Shown here one piece after another: positions 1-9,850 of a stretch of 64,000 nt of DNA. The notes beneath the pieces were generated by a model that saw only the letters and a program-made list of their open reading frames with translations, did no database searches and had not been told where the DNA came from. The position numbers and the translations under genes were made by a program. Origin of the DNA: Pseudidiomarina sp. (GTDB lineage Bacteria > Pseudomonadota > Gammaproteobacteria > Enterobacterales > Alteromonadaceae); assembly GCA_048269045.1 (NCBI GenBank), contig JBLWUG010000011.1, positions 24,602 through 88,601 of the forward strand, given 5' to 3'. The stretch's first letter is position 1. Each line of letters begins with the position of its first letter.

Positions 1-1020
1 TCAGCGCCAAACGCTGAAGGATTTGCCGCACTAAAAGACTTGTTCAGCAAGCTTGGCTTTACCGAAGTAGCAAAACACAAAAGCAAAGAAGTGTGGTTGT
101 ACAAACAAAACGACATTAACTTCATTATCAACGCTGAAACCGGCGGTCACGCAGAAGAGTTTGCGAAAGACCATGGTCCAAGCGTATGCGGTATGGCGTG
201 GCGCGTAAAAGATGCACAGCACGCATTTGAACATGCCGTAGCTAATGGTGCGAAGCCGTTTCAGCGCGACGTTGGTGCTGGCGAAGAAGATTTCCCTGCA
301 GTTTACGGCATCGGCGAAAGCGTTTTGTGCTTCGTTGATAAGTTTGGTGATAGTTCTATTTACGAAACCGACTTTAATTTCTATGACGGTTGGGAAGAGA
401 AGATGAAAGGCCATGCTGCTGGTCTTTATGAAGTGGATCACCTCACTCACAACGTTTTCCGCGGTAACATGGATACTTGGGCTGGTTTCTACGAGCGCAT
501 CGGTAACTTCCGTGAAATCCGTTACTTCGATATTGAAGGGAAGTTAACTGGCTTGTTGAGCCGCGCGATGACTGCACCTTGTGGCAAAATTCGTATTCCA
601 ATTAACGAATCACACGATGATAAATCACAAATCGAAGAGTATTTGCGTGAGTACAATGGCGAAGGTATTCAGCATATCGCCTTAACTTCAGATGACATTT
701 ACAAAACCGTTCGCGATTTGCGCACTATTGGTATGGACTTCATGCCGACGCCAGATACTTATTACGCGAAAATTGATGAGCGTGTAGAAGGTCACGATGA
801 GAATGTTGCTGAGTTGAAAGAACTACAGATTCTTATCGATGGCGCGCCAATGAAAGATGGTATCTTGCTGCAAATCTTCACCCAGACTGTAATTGGTCCA
901 GTATTCTTTGAGATCATTCAGCGTAAAGGTAATGAAGGTTTCGGCGAAGGTAACTTCAAAGCTTTATTTGAGTCGATTGAAGAAGACCAAATTCGTCGCG
1001 GAGTACTAAAAGATGCGTAA
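1..1020 (+). CDS. hppD: 4-hydroxyphenylpyruvate dioxygenase (5' end cut by window edge)
   Basis: Frame 1 is open from nt 1, upstream of the listed Met at 40. The translation has the HPPD C-terminal signature (...FFEIIQRKG.EGFGEGNFKALFESIEEDQIRRG). It is first in an hppD-hmgA-fah-maiA pathway cluster. Confidence 0.93.
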   Translation, partial: SAPNAEGFAALKDLFSKLGFTEVAKHKSKEVWLYKQNDINFIINAETGGHAEEFAKDHGPSVCGMAWRVKDAQHAFEHAVANGAKPFQRDVGAGEEDFPAVYGIGESVLCFVDKFGDSSIYETDFNFYDGWEEKMKGHAAGLYEVDHLTHNVFRGNMDTWAGFYERIGNFREIRYFDIEGKLTGLLSRAMTAPCGKIRIPINESHDDKSQIEEYLREYNGEGIQHIALTSDDIYKTVRDLRTIGMDFMPTPDTYYAKIDERVEGHDENVAELKELQILIDGAPMKDGILLQIFTQTVIGPVFFEIIQRKGNEGFGEGNFKALFESIEEDQIRRGVLKDA

Positions 1021-2158
1021 ATGGATTAGCTTTCCGAAACAAGTTGGAGTGGCCTCAAAGCAGGCACACGCTGACTTTCCGGAGCAAGCGATCTATGAAC
1101 GTGAAGTTGGTCGTAGTGGGTTCTTTGGACCCGCTACGCACTTTCATCATCGCCATGCTCCAACAGGTTGGAGTGACTGGGAAGGTGAGTTACGCCCGCG
1201 CAATTTTGACTTCAACAAACTTGAACATATCGATACCGACTCGCCGTGGTCAGTGCCGCTGTTGCTCCATAACGCACAGTGTAAGTTCCGCTTGTGGCGT
1301 TGCCACGAGGCGATGAAGTTTTTGGTACGCAATGCCGATGGTGACGAATTACTGTTTGTGCATGAGGGGCGCGGCGAGTTGTTTTGCGACTATGGTCATA
1401 TCACCCTTGAAAAAGGCGACTACTTTGTATTACCGCGGTCCACGTCATGGCGTTTAGAGCCGATTGAGCCCATGCACTTGCTGATGATTGAAGCCACCAA
1501 CAGTGCTTATCAATTGCCAGAAAAAGGCCTCGTTGGTAACCATGCTATCTTTGATCCGGCCTGTTTAGAAACGCCTGATATCAATGACCAATTCAAAGCA
1601 CAGTACAGTGAAGAGAGCTGGCAGGTGCAGGTGAAACGGCATGAGCAAATCTCAACCATCACTTATCCTTATAACCCACTCGATGCGATTGGCTGGCATG
1701 GCGATTTAGCACCAGTACGCATTAACTGGCGTGATATACGTCCGCTAATGAGCCACCGTTATCATTTACCACCATCAGCGCATACTACTTTTGTGGCTGA
1801 CGGGTTCGTGGTGTGCACCTTTGTGCCAAGACCGATTGAATCGGATCCTGGTGCATTAAAAGTTCCGTTTTATCATAATAATGACGATTATGATGAAGTG
1901 TTGTTTTATCATGAAGGTGACTTCTTTAGCCGCGATAACATCGACAAGGGGATGGTGACATTTCACCCCGCCGGTTTTACCCACGGCCCACATCCGAAAG
2001 CTTTCCAAGCCGGCTTAGAGTATCGCAAAAAATTTACCGACGAAGTCGCAGTGATGTTGGATACTCGTAACCGACTGCATATGGGCGAAGTTTGTGCCGC
2101 AGTTGAGAATGCTGATTATGTAAACAGCTGGAAAGTGACAGACGACAAAAAGGTTTAA
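1013..2158 (+). CDS. hmgA: homogentisate 1,2-dioxygenase (short ~380-aa Vibrio/Shewanella-type form)
   Basis: 381-aa ORF overlapping the hppD stop by 8 nt (ATGCGTAA). It has a cupin-like core with a ...PFYHNNDDYDEV..FHPAGFTHGPHP motif resembling the HGO active-site region. Pathway context lies between hppD and the FAH gene. Confidence 0.8.
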   Translation: MRKWISFPKQVGVASKQAHADFPEQAIYEREVGRSGFFGPATHFHHRHAPTGWSDWEGELRPRNFDFNKLEHIDTDSPWSVPLLLHNAQCKFRLWRCHEAMKFLVRNADGDELLFVHEGRGELFCDYGHITLEKGDYFVLPRSTSWRLEPIEPMHLLMIEATNSAYQLPEKGLVGNHAIFDPACLETPDINDQFKAQYSEESWQVQVKRHEQISTITYPYNPLDAIGWHGDLAPVRINWRDIRPLMSHRYHLPPSAHTTFVADGFVVCTFVPRPIESDPGALKVPFYHNNDDYDEVLFYHEGDFFSRDNIDKGMVTFHPAGFTHGPHPKAFQAGLEYRKKFTDEVAVMLDTRNRLHMGEVCAAVENADYVNSWKVTDDKKV

Positions 2159-2160
2159 TA

Positions 2161-3186
2161 ATGAAATTTGCAACTTATCGAGATGGTACCCGTGACGGTC
2201 AGCTAATGGTCGTCAGCCGCGATTTAAAACAAGCAGTCGCAGTACCGGCGTTAGCCGCCACGATGCAAGAGTTACTTGATGACTGGGATGGTATCGCACC
2301 AGAATTAGAAAAGGTTTATCAAGCCTTAAACCAAGGTGAACTAACCGATGCACAAGCGTTTGATGAAAGCCTGTGTGAATCACCTTTACCTCGTGCCTAT
2401 CAATGGGCCGATGGTAGTGCCTACGTGAACCACGTTGAGTTGGTACGCAAGGCACGTAACGCGGAAATGCCACCAAGTTTTTGGACCGATCCGCTGATGT
2501 ATCAGGGCGGTTCTGATGACTTTCTCGGCCCGAAAGATGATATCGAAATGGCAGATACATCTTATGGGATTGATTTTGAAGGTGAAATCGCGATTATTAC
2601 CGATGACGTTCCAATGGCGGTAAGCACCGAGCAGGCCGGTGATTATATTCGTTTGCTGATGCTAGTAAACGATGTGTCTTTGCGTGGTTTGATTCCAAAC
2701 GAGCTTGGTAAAGGGTTTGGTTTCTTTCAATCGAAACCATCGTCGGCATTCTCGCCTGTCGCAGTAACTCCAGATGAACTTGAAGAAAACTGGCGTGATA
2801 ATAAAGTACATTTGCCATTGTTGAGCTACTATAACGGTAAGCCTTTTGGTAAACCTGATGCCGGTCAAGATATGACATTTGATTTTGCACAGTTGGTCGC
2901 TCATGCAGCAAAGACCCGTCACCTCGGCGCAGGCGCAATTATCGGTTCTGGTACCGTTTCTAATAAACAAGGTACTGAGCACGGTAGCGCTATTGAAGAA
3001 GGCGGCGTGGGGTATAGCTGTATTGCTGAAGTAAGAATGATTGAAACCATTCGCGACGGCAAACCAAGTACTGGGTTTATGCAATTTGGTGACACCATTA
3101 AAATTGAAATGATGGATAAAGAAGGCCAGAGTATTTTTGGTAGTATCGACCAAAAAGTCGTGGCTTATTCACCGTCTGACGAATAA
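2161..3186 (+). CDS. fahA: fumarylacetoacetate hydrolase family protein (predicted fumarylacetoacetase)
   Basis: 341-aa ORF starting 3 nt after hmgA. FAH-family sequence character and a position between hmgA and maiA. Confidence 0.75.
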   Translation: MKFATYRDGTRDGQLMVVSRDLKQAVAVPALAATMQELLDDWDGIAPELEKVYQALNQGELTDAQAFDESLCESPLPRAYQWADGSAYVNHVELVRKARNAEMPPSFWTDPLMYQGGSDDFLGPKDDIEMADTSYGIDFEGEIAIITDDVPMAVSTEQAGDYIRLLMLVNDVSLRGLIPNELGKGFGFFQSKPSSAFSPVAVTPDELEENWRDNKVHLPLLSYYNGKPFGKPDAGQDMTFDFAQLVAHAAKTRHLGAGAIIGSGTVSNKQGTEHGSAIEEGGVGYSCIAEVRMIETIRDGKPSTGFMQFGDTIKIEMMDKEGQSIFGSIDQKVVAYSPSDE

Positions 3187-3200
3187 TACTGGAGCACCGC

Positions 3201-3842
3201 ATGGAGTTATACGGATACTGGCGCTCAAGCGCCAGTTATCGAGCGCGTATTGCGCTTAACTACAAACATTTAGACTATACCTATATACCGGTTCATTTAA
3301 TCAAAGACGGTGGTCAACAGCATAAGATGGCTTACCGCCAACTTAATCCAAATGGCTTGGTACCAACCTTAGTCGATGGCTCGGTGATTTTGCATCAATC
3401 GGTCGCCATTATTGAATACCTAGAAGAACAATACCCTAAACACAGCTTATTGCCTGGCAAACCTGCCCAACGTGGCGCTATTCGAGCGTTAGCATTAGAC
3501 CTTTCGAGTGAACTACAGCCGTTGATTAACTTGCGTGTGCAGCAATACCTGAGCAATGCGCTAAAGGTTAACGACAACGCTAAAAAAGCTTGGTTACAGC
3601 ATTGGTTTAAAGAAAGCTTTACCGCCTTTGAGCGCAATCTCGAAGAGGTTGCAGGGGAGTATTGTGTCGGCGATGAATTTTCACTCGCTGATGTGTGTTT
3701 AGTTCCGCAAGTATACAGTGCTGAGCGATTTGGCGTTGATATGACTGACTACCCATTACTCAATGGTGTGTATGCAAGGTTAATTGAGCTGCCTTGGGTA
3801 GCTGCAGCGCATCCATCACAGCAACCTGACGCAGAAAGTTAA
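3201..3842 (+). CDS. maiA: maleylacetoacetate isomerase (zeta-class GST)
   Basis: 213-aa GST fold with the N-terminal MELYGYWRSSASYRARIALN.. motif typical of GST-zeta/MaiA. Last gene of the homogentisate pathway cluster. Confidence 0.9.
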   Translation: MELYGYWRSSASYRARIALNYKHLDYTYIPVHLIKDGGQQHKMAYRQLNPNGLVPTLVDGSVILHQSVAIIEYLEEQYPKHSLLPGKPAQRGAIRALALDLSSELQPLINLRVQQYLSNALKVNDNAKKAWLQHWFKESFTAFERNLEEVAGEYCVGDEFSLADVCLVPQVYSAERFGVDMTDYPLLNGVYARLIELPWVAAAHPSQQPDAES

Positions 3843-3861
3843 GAGTTAACCGCAAGCAAGA

Positions 3862-3897
3862 AATGCCCGGCTCGTAAGTTGCTGGGCATTTTGCTTT
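3862..3897 (+). terminator. rho-independent terminator after maiA
   Basis: aatgcccgg (3862-3870) pairs with ctgggcatt (3882-3890), with one G-U pair. It is followed by ttgcttt. Confidence 0.6.
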
Positions 3898-3937
3898 AAT
3901 GGCTAAGATAAACTTGGCTTACAAGGACTAACTAAAA

Positions 3938-6415
3938 ATGAAAACTAAATTAGCTGTCGCCATTGCCGCAGCACTTTTGAGCGCATCTTGCGCAAATACG
4001 ACGGTGCCATCTGCAACTGCACCAATGGCCAATACTAATGTCGTAAAAATGGCTGACTATGCTCCAGCAACCGCTACGGCGAGTGCAGAGCTTTCTTTAA
4101 ATCAAATCATGGCTGATCAAGACTGGGTCGCACGTTCACCACAGTCGGCCTATTGGCTGAGCGATGGGTCAGGCGTTATTTATGCGCAAAAGCGTGAAGG
4201 CTCGCAAGTCAGGGATTGGTTTCATCAGCCATTAACGGCAGAAGCTCATTTAGTGCCGTTAGATAAGCTCCATAATTATGCTTATCAAGATGGTGTTTAT
4301 AACAGCGATCGTTCGTTGTTAGCTTACACCTTTCAAGGCAACATTTTTGTGCGTGATTTAGCCGCACAAGAAACCAAACAATTAACTCGTGACCATCAAC
4401 GTCAATCTCAGTTGCAGTTTCTTATTGATGGTCGCTTAGCGTATCGACAAGGTAATAGCTTCTATGTAGTTGAGCCAAATTCAGGGCTAACGCAGCAACT
4501 TGTTACCTTTGCTACTGAAAAAGCACCAGAACCTAACTCAGAGCCGGCTGATTTTATCGCCCGCGAGCAAGTGAAACTGATCAAATTTGTGCAGTCGGAG
4601 CGCAAAGATCGCGCCGATAAATTTGAACAGCAACAACGCTTAGCTGAGCAAAACGCGAGTTTAGCACCGCAGCCGTTTTATCTCGGCGAGGGCAAGCAAA
4701 TTGTAGCAACTAGCTTATCGCCAGCCGGTGATAAAGTTATTGTTGCTATTACCGATCCACAATCGTGGCGGGGCGAAGGCGATATCATGCCTAACTATAT
4801 TGGCGAAGATGGGCGCGTTAAAGCTGAAAAAGTACGCCGCCGCGTTGCCGATGCAAAACCTGTTGAGCACCAAGTGTTCATGCTCGACTTAACTAGTGGT
4901 GAGCAAACCCAACTCACCTACAATACTTTGCCAGGTTGGAATGAAGACGTATTGGCAAGCGTGCGTAAAGAAAACTACGCTGCTCGTGGTGAAAAGTACG
5001 TGTCGAAGAAAAAACCTCGTCCTATTACTTTAATGCGAGATTGGGGTTGGCAAGCAGGCGCGATTCGTTGGAGTGACGATGGCCAAAATGCAGCAGTGAT
5101 GTTAGAAGCGTGGGATAACAAAGACCGTTGGATTGCTAGTATTGATTTTGCTGGTAAACGTTTGGTCAACCAAGAGCGCTTGCACGATGAAGCCTGGATT
5201 AACTATACCCATAATGAGTTTGGCTTCTTACCGCAAAGTAATACTTTATGGTACCAATCTGAAGCTGATGGCTACGCGCACTTATACGTTAAGCCATTAG
5301 CCGGCAAAGCGAAGCAACTCACGAAGGGCGCCTTCGTCACTGAAGATCCGACCGTATCAGCTGATGGTTCATATATTTATTTCAGTGGTAATAAAAATCA
5401 CCCAGGTAACTATGAAGTGTACCGGGTAACAACCAACACTGGAGAACTCGAGCAGTTAACTGCGTTGGGTGGAATTAACAACTATGAGTTGAGCCCACAA
5501 GAAGATAAGTTGTTGGTGAAACATTCTCATGCTTTACAGCCTGAGGAATTGTACGTACAAGCCATTGGTGACAACGATGCCAAGCGCCTCACGTATACCG
5601 TGACTGAGCAATTCCAAAGCTTTGATTGGGTTGCACCAGAAATCGTACCTATTCCATCAAGTCATGTAGATCATCCGATCTACACTCGGGTTTATTATCC
5701 GCAAGACTACGATGCAACACGCGCTGAGAAATATCCGGCTGTCGTTTTCATTCATGGCGCTGGCTATTTACAAAACGCACACCAAGGTTGGTCAAACTAC
5801 CAACGTGAATTTATGTTCCATACGTTTTTAACGGAACAGGGATACGTGGTTCTAGATTTAGACTACCGCGGCTCTAAAGGGTACGGACGCGATTGGCGTA
5901 CGGCGATTTATCGTCAAATGGGAACTCCCGAAGTCGAAGATCTTATAGACGTGGTGAAGTGGGCGGGTGAAAACGCGCACGTTGATACCGAGCGTATGGG
6001 AACTTATGGTGGTTCTTATGGTGGTTTCTTAACCTTTATGGCTTTATTCAAAGAGCCAGGGTTATTCAAAGCAGGCGCTGCTTTACGTCCAGTCAGTGAT
6101 TGGGCTCATTATAATACGGGCTATACGTCGAATATCTTGAATTTACCCGACGATGATCCTATCGCTTACCGTCGTAGCTCGCCGTTGTACTTTACGGAAG
6201 GCTTAGAAGATGCGTTATTGATAAACGCGCCTATGGTTGATGACAACGTATTCTTCCAGGATGGCGTGCGTGTGGTACAGCGTTTGATTGAACACGAGAA
6301 AGAGAACTTTGAAACGGCTATCTATCCGGTTGAGCCTCATGGCTTCCGTCAGCCATCAAGCTGGTTAGATGAATACCGTCGTATCTTTAAACTGTTTGAA
6401 GACAATGTGAAGTAA
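3938..6415 (+). CDS. S9 family serine peptidase (prolyl oligopeptidase/DPP-type), predicted lipoprotein
   Basis: 825 aa. N-terminal signal peptide with lipobox (LLSASC). The C-terminal alpha/beta hydrolase region has GGSYGG around the nucleophile Ser and a conserved PVEPHGF region. Confidence 0.88.
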   Translation: MKTKLAVAIAAALLSASCANTTVPSATAPMANTNVVKMADYAPATATASAELSLNQIMADQDWVARSPQSAYWLSDGSGVIYAQKREGSQVRDWFHQPLTAEAHLVPLDKLHNYAYQDGVYNSDRSLLAYTFQGNIFVRDLAAQETKQLTRDHQRQSQLQFLIDGRLAYRQGNSFYVVEPNSGLTQQLVTFATEKAPEPNSEPADFIAREQVKLIKFVQSERKDRADKFEQQQRLAEQNASLAPQPFYLGEGKQIVATSLSPAGDKVIVAITDPQSWRGEGDIMPNYIGEDGRVKAEKVRRRVADAKPVEHQVFMLDLTSGEQTQLTYNTLPGWNEDVLASVRKENYAARGEKYVSKKKPRPITLMRDWGWQAGAIRWSDDGQNAAVMLEAWDNKDRWIASIDFAGKRLVNQERLHDEAWINYTHNEFGFLPQSNTLWYQSEADGYAHLYVKPLAGKAKQLTKGAFVTEDPTVSADGSYIYFSGNKNHPGNYEVYRVTTNTGELEQLTALGGINNYELSPQEDKLLVKHSHALQPEELYVQAIGDNDAKRLTYTVTEQFQSFDWVAPEIVPIPSSHVDHPIYTRVYYPQDYDATRAEKYPAVVFIHGAGYLQNAHQGWSNYQREFMFHTFLTEQGYVVLDLDYRGSKGYGRDWRTAIYRQMGTPEVEDLIDVVKWAGENAHVDTERMGTYGGSYGGFLTFMALFKEPGLFKAGAALRPVSDWAHYNTGYTSNILNLPDDDPIAYRRSSPLYFTEGLEDALLINAPMVDDNVFFQDGVRVVQRLIEHEKENFETAIYPVEPHGFRQPSSWLDEYRRIFKLFEDNVK

Positions 6416-6436
6416 TTGGTTGCAGAACAGGAAAAT

Positions 6437-6467
6437 AAAAAGCCGCTCAAATATGAGCGGCTTTTTT
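6437..6467. terminator. bidirectional rho-independent terminator shared by the S9 peptidase gene (+) and rne (-)
   Basis: agccgctca (6441-6449), loop aata, tgagcggct (6454-6462). Flanked by an A-run on the left and T6 on the right. Confidence 0.85.
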
Positions 6468-6491
6468 GTAGGTCAGAGGCAATGAAAACCG

Positions 6492-9320
6492 TTATTGGGT
6501 TTTCGTCATCTCGGCATAAGCCACTGATTTAGCTTCGCTAATACTGGCAACATGGGCGGCCTTAGTAAAGGCTTTGCGGGCATCATCATTCGCTGCGTTA
6601 AGCGGCTGGAATGCGGTTGTACGAGCTTCAGGGCTGGCCTTAGCCATAGCAGCATAGGTGCCTAAGCCACGAGCTACCGGTGCTTTAGTTTGAGCAACTG
6701 CTGCTTTAACTTCTGGCTTGGCCGGTGCTTCTGGTTTAGCTTCAACTTTAGGTTCAGCTTTTACTTCAGGTTTGGCTTCAACTTTAGGTTCAGCTTCAAC
6801 TTTAGGTTCAGCTTCTACTTTAGGCTCAGCTTCTAATTTAGGCTCAGCTTCTACTTTAGGTTCAGCTTCTACCTTAGGTTCAGCTTCTACCTTAGGTTCA
6901 GCTTCTACTTTAGGTTCAGATTCTACCTTAGGTGCAGCTTCTACTTTAGGCTCAGCTTCAACCTTCGGCTCAGGCGTTGCTACCGGTTCAGCTACTGGGG
7001 CTACTGCCACATCTTGCTGTTCCTGCTGCTCTTGTTCTTGCTGTTCAGCTTTGCGACGTTGGCCCGCTGCACGCTGATGGCGTGGTGAACGACGACTGCG
7101 GTTGCGCTGCGTACGCTCTTCTTCAGGGGTTGTTGTCTCATTAGTCGTTGCTGGCTCGGTAGTGGCTACCGGGGTCGCTACTTCTTCAGTTGCTGTTACA
7201 ACAGTTTCATCAACAGTGCCGGTTGTCATACGTACCGATTGCTCTAACTTACGGCGTTGACGGCGCACCTTAGGTGTTGGTGCCGGCTTCGGTTCCGCAG
7301 GTGCTGTGGTTTCTGCAGCAACTTTTTGATCTTGATTTTGATCAACGTTCTGCTCGATTTGTTGCTTTTGATTACGATTACGACCACCACGACTACGACG
7401 TCCGCCGCGTTCGTTTCTTTGCTCTTTATTCTGCTCAGACTTAGGTCCGCGCTCGTTTTGGTCGGTAGTACCAGACTTGGCGGCTTTATCGTCGTCACGG
7501 GTGTTACGTTGACGACCTTGATGGCGGCGACGGTTGTTGCTGTTACGTTCACCACCACGGCGGTTTTGATGAGGACGACGGTTTTGACCACCTTTACTTT
7601 GGTTTTGCTTGGTATTGGTTTCTTCTTCATCGCTGCTAAATAAACCAGATAACCATTTACCTAAACGGCTAAATAATCCTGGCTTCGCAGCCTTGATTTT
7701 ATCCGTCGGTTTTGGAGCAGGGGTCTTAGGTGCTTGTAACCCCTTAAGTACCGGCTCTTCAAAGGTTGGTTTGTCTTTATTCAAGACCACTTCAGTGCTG
7801 GTGTCTTCCGGCTTCTCAATCAGCGTAAAGCTATTCGCTTGATCCACTTCATCAGTACGGAAACGTTTCACATCAAAATGTGGCGTGTCTAGATGTGGGT
7901 TTGGAATGACAAGCGCGGAAACATCATGACGTTTTTCAATATCAAAAATGGATTGACGCTTTTCATTCAATAAGTACGTGGCCACGGTTACCGGAACCTG
8001 CGCCTGTACTTGAATAGTGTTGTCTTTAAGTGCTTCTTCTTCAATTAAGCGAAGAATAGACAATGCCAATGATTCGGCAGAGCGAATCGTGCCTTGGCCA
8101 CTACAACGTGGGCAGACATGGTTAGCTGCTTCACCCAACGATGGGCGCAAGCGCTGACGTGACATTTCTAAAAGGCCAAAGCGGGAAATACGAGCAACCT
8201 GGATACGTGCACGGTCTTGCTTAAGATGGTCGCGTAAACGATTTTCAACTTCGCGCTGGTGGCGTGTAGGCGTCATATCGATGAAGTCGATGACCACCAA
8301 ACCACCCACGTCACGGAGACGTAATTGGCGTGCAATCTCTTCTGCTGCTTCTAGGTTCGTTTGAAATGCAGTTTCTTCGATATCGCTACCTTTAGTTGCA
8401 CGGGCAGAGTTGATATCGATTGAGGTCATCGCCTCGGTCGGGTCAATAACGATTGAGCCACCAGAAGGCAAACGAACTTCGCGTTGGAAGGCAGACTCAA
8501 TCTGGCTTTCAATTTGATAGTGATTAAATAGTGGAATATCGCCTTGGTAAATTTTTACGCGATTCACAAAGTCAGGGCGAATTAAAGTAACGTGGTCACG
8601 TACCTGATCAAATACCTTTTGGTTATCAATCAATACTTCGCCAATATCACGACGTAAATAGTCACGAATAGCGCGGAATACGACGTTGCTTTCTTGGTGA
8701 ATTAAGAATGGAGCAGGGCGTGATTTTGCCGCTTTCTCGATGGCTTCCCAGTGATGTAATAATACATTTAAGTCCCACTCGAGCTCTTCTTGTGATTTGC
8801 CAACACCAGCAGTACGAACGATTAAGCCCATGCTGTTAGGTAAGCGCAGTGCATCTAAGGTCGCTTTTAGTTCTGAACGTTCTTCACCTTCGATGCGACG
8901 AGAAATACCGCCTGCACGAGGGTTGTTTGGCATCAGTACTAGGTAGCTACCGGCCAATGAAATAAAGGTCGTGAGTGCCGCACCTTTCTGGCCACGTTCT
9001 TCTTTGTCAATTTGAACAATGACTTCTTGGCCTTCTTGGATAACATCTTTAATGTTGGGACGACCAGAGAAAGAATAGCCACTAGGGAAATAGGTTTTGG
9101 CGATTTCTTTTAAGGGAAGGAAACCATGGCGCTCAGCGCCATAATCAACAAATGCGGCTTCAAGGCTGGGCTCGATACGAGTGATTTTACCTTTGTATAT
9201 ATTTGCTTTTTTCTGCTCGTGACCCGGACTTTCAATATCTAAATCATATAAACGCTGGCCATCGACCAGTGCCACGCGCAGCTCTTCTAGCTGGGTAGCG
9301 TTAATTAACATTCTTTTCAT
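6492..9320 (-). CDS. rne: ribonuclease E
   Basis: The conserved N-terminal catalytic half starts at [30 protein letters not shown], so I use the ATG at 9320 rather than the ORF-track start at 9347. An amphipathic membrane-targeting-like segment [16 protein letters not shown] lies at about 7632-7682. The C-terminal half is Arg-rich and low-complexity. The gene is divergent from rluC, as in E. coli. Confidence 0.97.
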   Translation of the reverse strand: MKRMLINATQLEELRVALVDGQRLYDLDIESPGHEQKKANIYKGKITRIEPSLEAAFVDYGAERHGFLPLKEIAKTYFPSGYSFSGRPNIKDVIQEGQEVIVQIDKEERGQKGAALTTFISLAGSYLVLMPNNPRAGGISRRIEGEERSELKATLDALRLPNSMGLIVRTAGVGKSQEELEWDLNVLLHHWEAIEKAAKSRPAPFLIHQESNVVFRAIRDYLRRDIGEVLIDNQKVFDQVRDHVTLIRPDFVNRVKIYQGDIPLFNHYQIESQIESAFQREVRLPSGGSIVIDPTEAMTSIDINSARATKGSDIEETAFQTNLEAAEEIARQLRLRDVGGLVVIDFIDMTPTRHQREVENRLRDHLKQDRARIQVARISRFGLLEMSRQRLRPSLGEAANHVCPRCSGQGTIRSAESLALSILRLIEEEALKDNTIQVQAQVPVTVATYLLNEKRQSIFDIEKRHDVSALVIPNPHLDTPHFDVKRFRTDEVDQANSFTLIEKPEDTSTEVVLNKDKPTFEEPVLKGLQAPKTPAPKPTDKIKAAKPGLFSRLGKWLSGLFSSDEEETNTKQNQSKGGQNRRPHQNRRGGERNSNNRRRHQGRQRNTRDDDKAAKSGTTDQNERGPKSEQNKEQRNERGGRRSRGGRNRNQKQQIEQNVDQNQDQKVAAETTAPAEPKPAPTPKVRRQRRKLEQSVRMTTGTVDETVVTATEEVATPVATTEPATTNETTTPEEERTQRNRSRRSPRHQRAAGQRRKAEQQEQEQQEQQDVAVAPVAEPVATPEPKVEAEPKVEAAPKVESEPKVEAEPKVEAEPKVEAEPKVEAEPKLEAEPKVEAEPKVEAEPKVEAKPEVKAEPKVEAKPEAPAKPEVKAAVAQTKAPVARGLGTYAAMAKASPEARTTAFQPLNAANDDARKAFTKAAHVASISEAKSVAYAEMTKTQ
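6702..6971 (-). repeat. 15 tandem 18-bp units inside rne encoding (E/A/K)PKVEA-type hexapeptides
   Basis: The + strand reads ttaggttcagcttctact-like units head to tail. The coding strand gives EPKVEA x11, plus [18 protein letters not shown] x2 and KPEAPA variants. Confidence 0.95.
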
Positions 9321-9700
9321 CGTTGTGACTCTATATATAGGCCACAACTCAGCACGACTAGCTTTATGCCATCACTATTTCGAGATTGAATTGTAGTTTG
9401 TCATACGCAGTTACCACTGTTTCTGACTCCTCCCGTTAACCATCAAACTGAATCAACGTGAGGATTGCAATTGGTTACCAAGCCGAAATACGCTTGTAAA
9501 TTGTCGCGCTGCGTTGCAGCACAGGTTTTCTTCAAAAGCGATTTGATTTAGGGGCGGGCGCGCTTGTTACAGCCTTCGAAATCAATATGGTGAAGGTGGA
9601 CTAACCTACTACTCCGTGCCGCCGGCTTCTCGAAAACAACTACAAACAACAGTTGTAAAGCTCGTAAACTGGCGTGGATCCGTTAGTACTGACGCTGCTC
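9321..9700 (-). promoter_or_regulatory. long rne 5' leader (candidate autoregulatory 5' UTR); upstream limit not determined
   Basis: A 530-bp non-coding gap separates rne and the divergent rluC. E. coli rne has a ~360-nt structured leader that mediates autoregulation. No promoter could be pinned down by eye. Confidence 0.45.
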
Positions 9701-9850
9701 CGCTCAAATCGCACGTAAAAATAATTTTCATTGCTTCTGCTAACGCATTAAACTGCGTACCGCGCTCAAATAAACCGGTGCGGATTTGTCCGGACCACGA
9801 TTGTCGCATGAAAAGCGATATAATTACAAGATGAACATTGTCAATACTTA

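Noticed and set aside
31-450. 139-aa minus-strand ORF at the window start
   Set aside because: It is antisense to the clearly recognisable hppD coding sequence and so is an ORF-track artefact. The same applies to the many 60-165-aa antisense or alternate-frame ORFs inside hmgA, fah, fabD, ppsA, ydiJ, ccoI, uspE and others.
6702-6971. Regular short repeats that could superficially suggest a CRISPR-like array
   Set aside because: The units are contiguous 18-mers with no spacers. They are in frame inside rne and there are no cas genes. This is a coding tandem repeat, not CRISPR.
6718-7077. 119-aa + strand ORF with striking ASTLGS repeats
   Set aside because: It is the antisense reading of the rne 18-bp repeat array. 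The repeat periodicity, not coding potential, keeps the frame open, and rne on the opposite strand is unambiguous.
7244-7643. Two overlapping 128-aa ORFs on both strands (poly-V/T/K low complexity)
   Set aside because: They are alternative frames of the Arg/Asn/Gln-rich low-complexity region of rne. They have no start context or homology-like features.
9321-9347. Longer N-terminal extensions offered by the ORF track for rne (9347), pabC (16314), tmk (18030), bioB (30360), ldh (45492) and mnmA (50501)
   Set aside because: In each case the conserved protein N-terminus begins at an internal Met. The extension overlaps a neighbouring gene, a terminator or a promoter, so the starts were trimmed.
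9609-9834. 66-aa and 72-aa ORFs in the rne-rluC intergenic region
   Set aside because: They overlap each other on opposite strands inside the expected rne leader/promoter region. There are no SD sequences or recognisable protein features.
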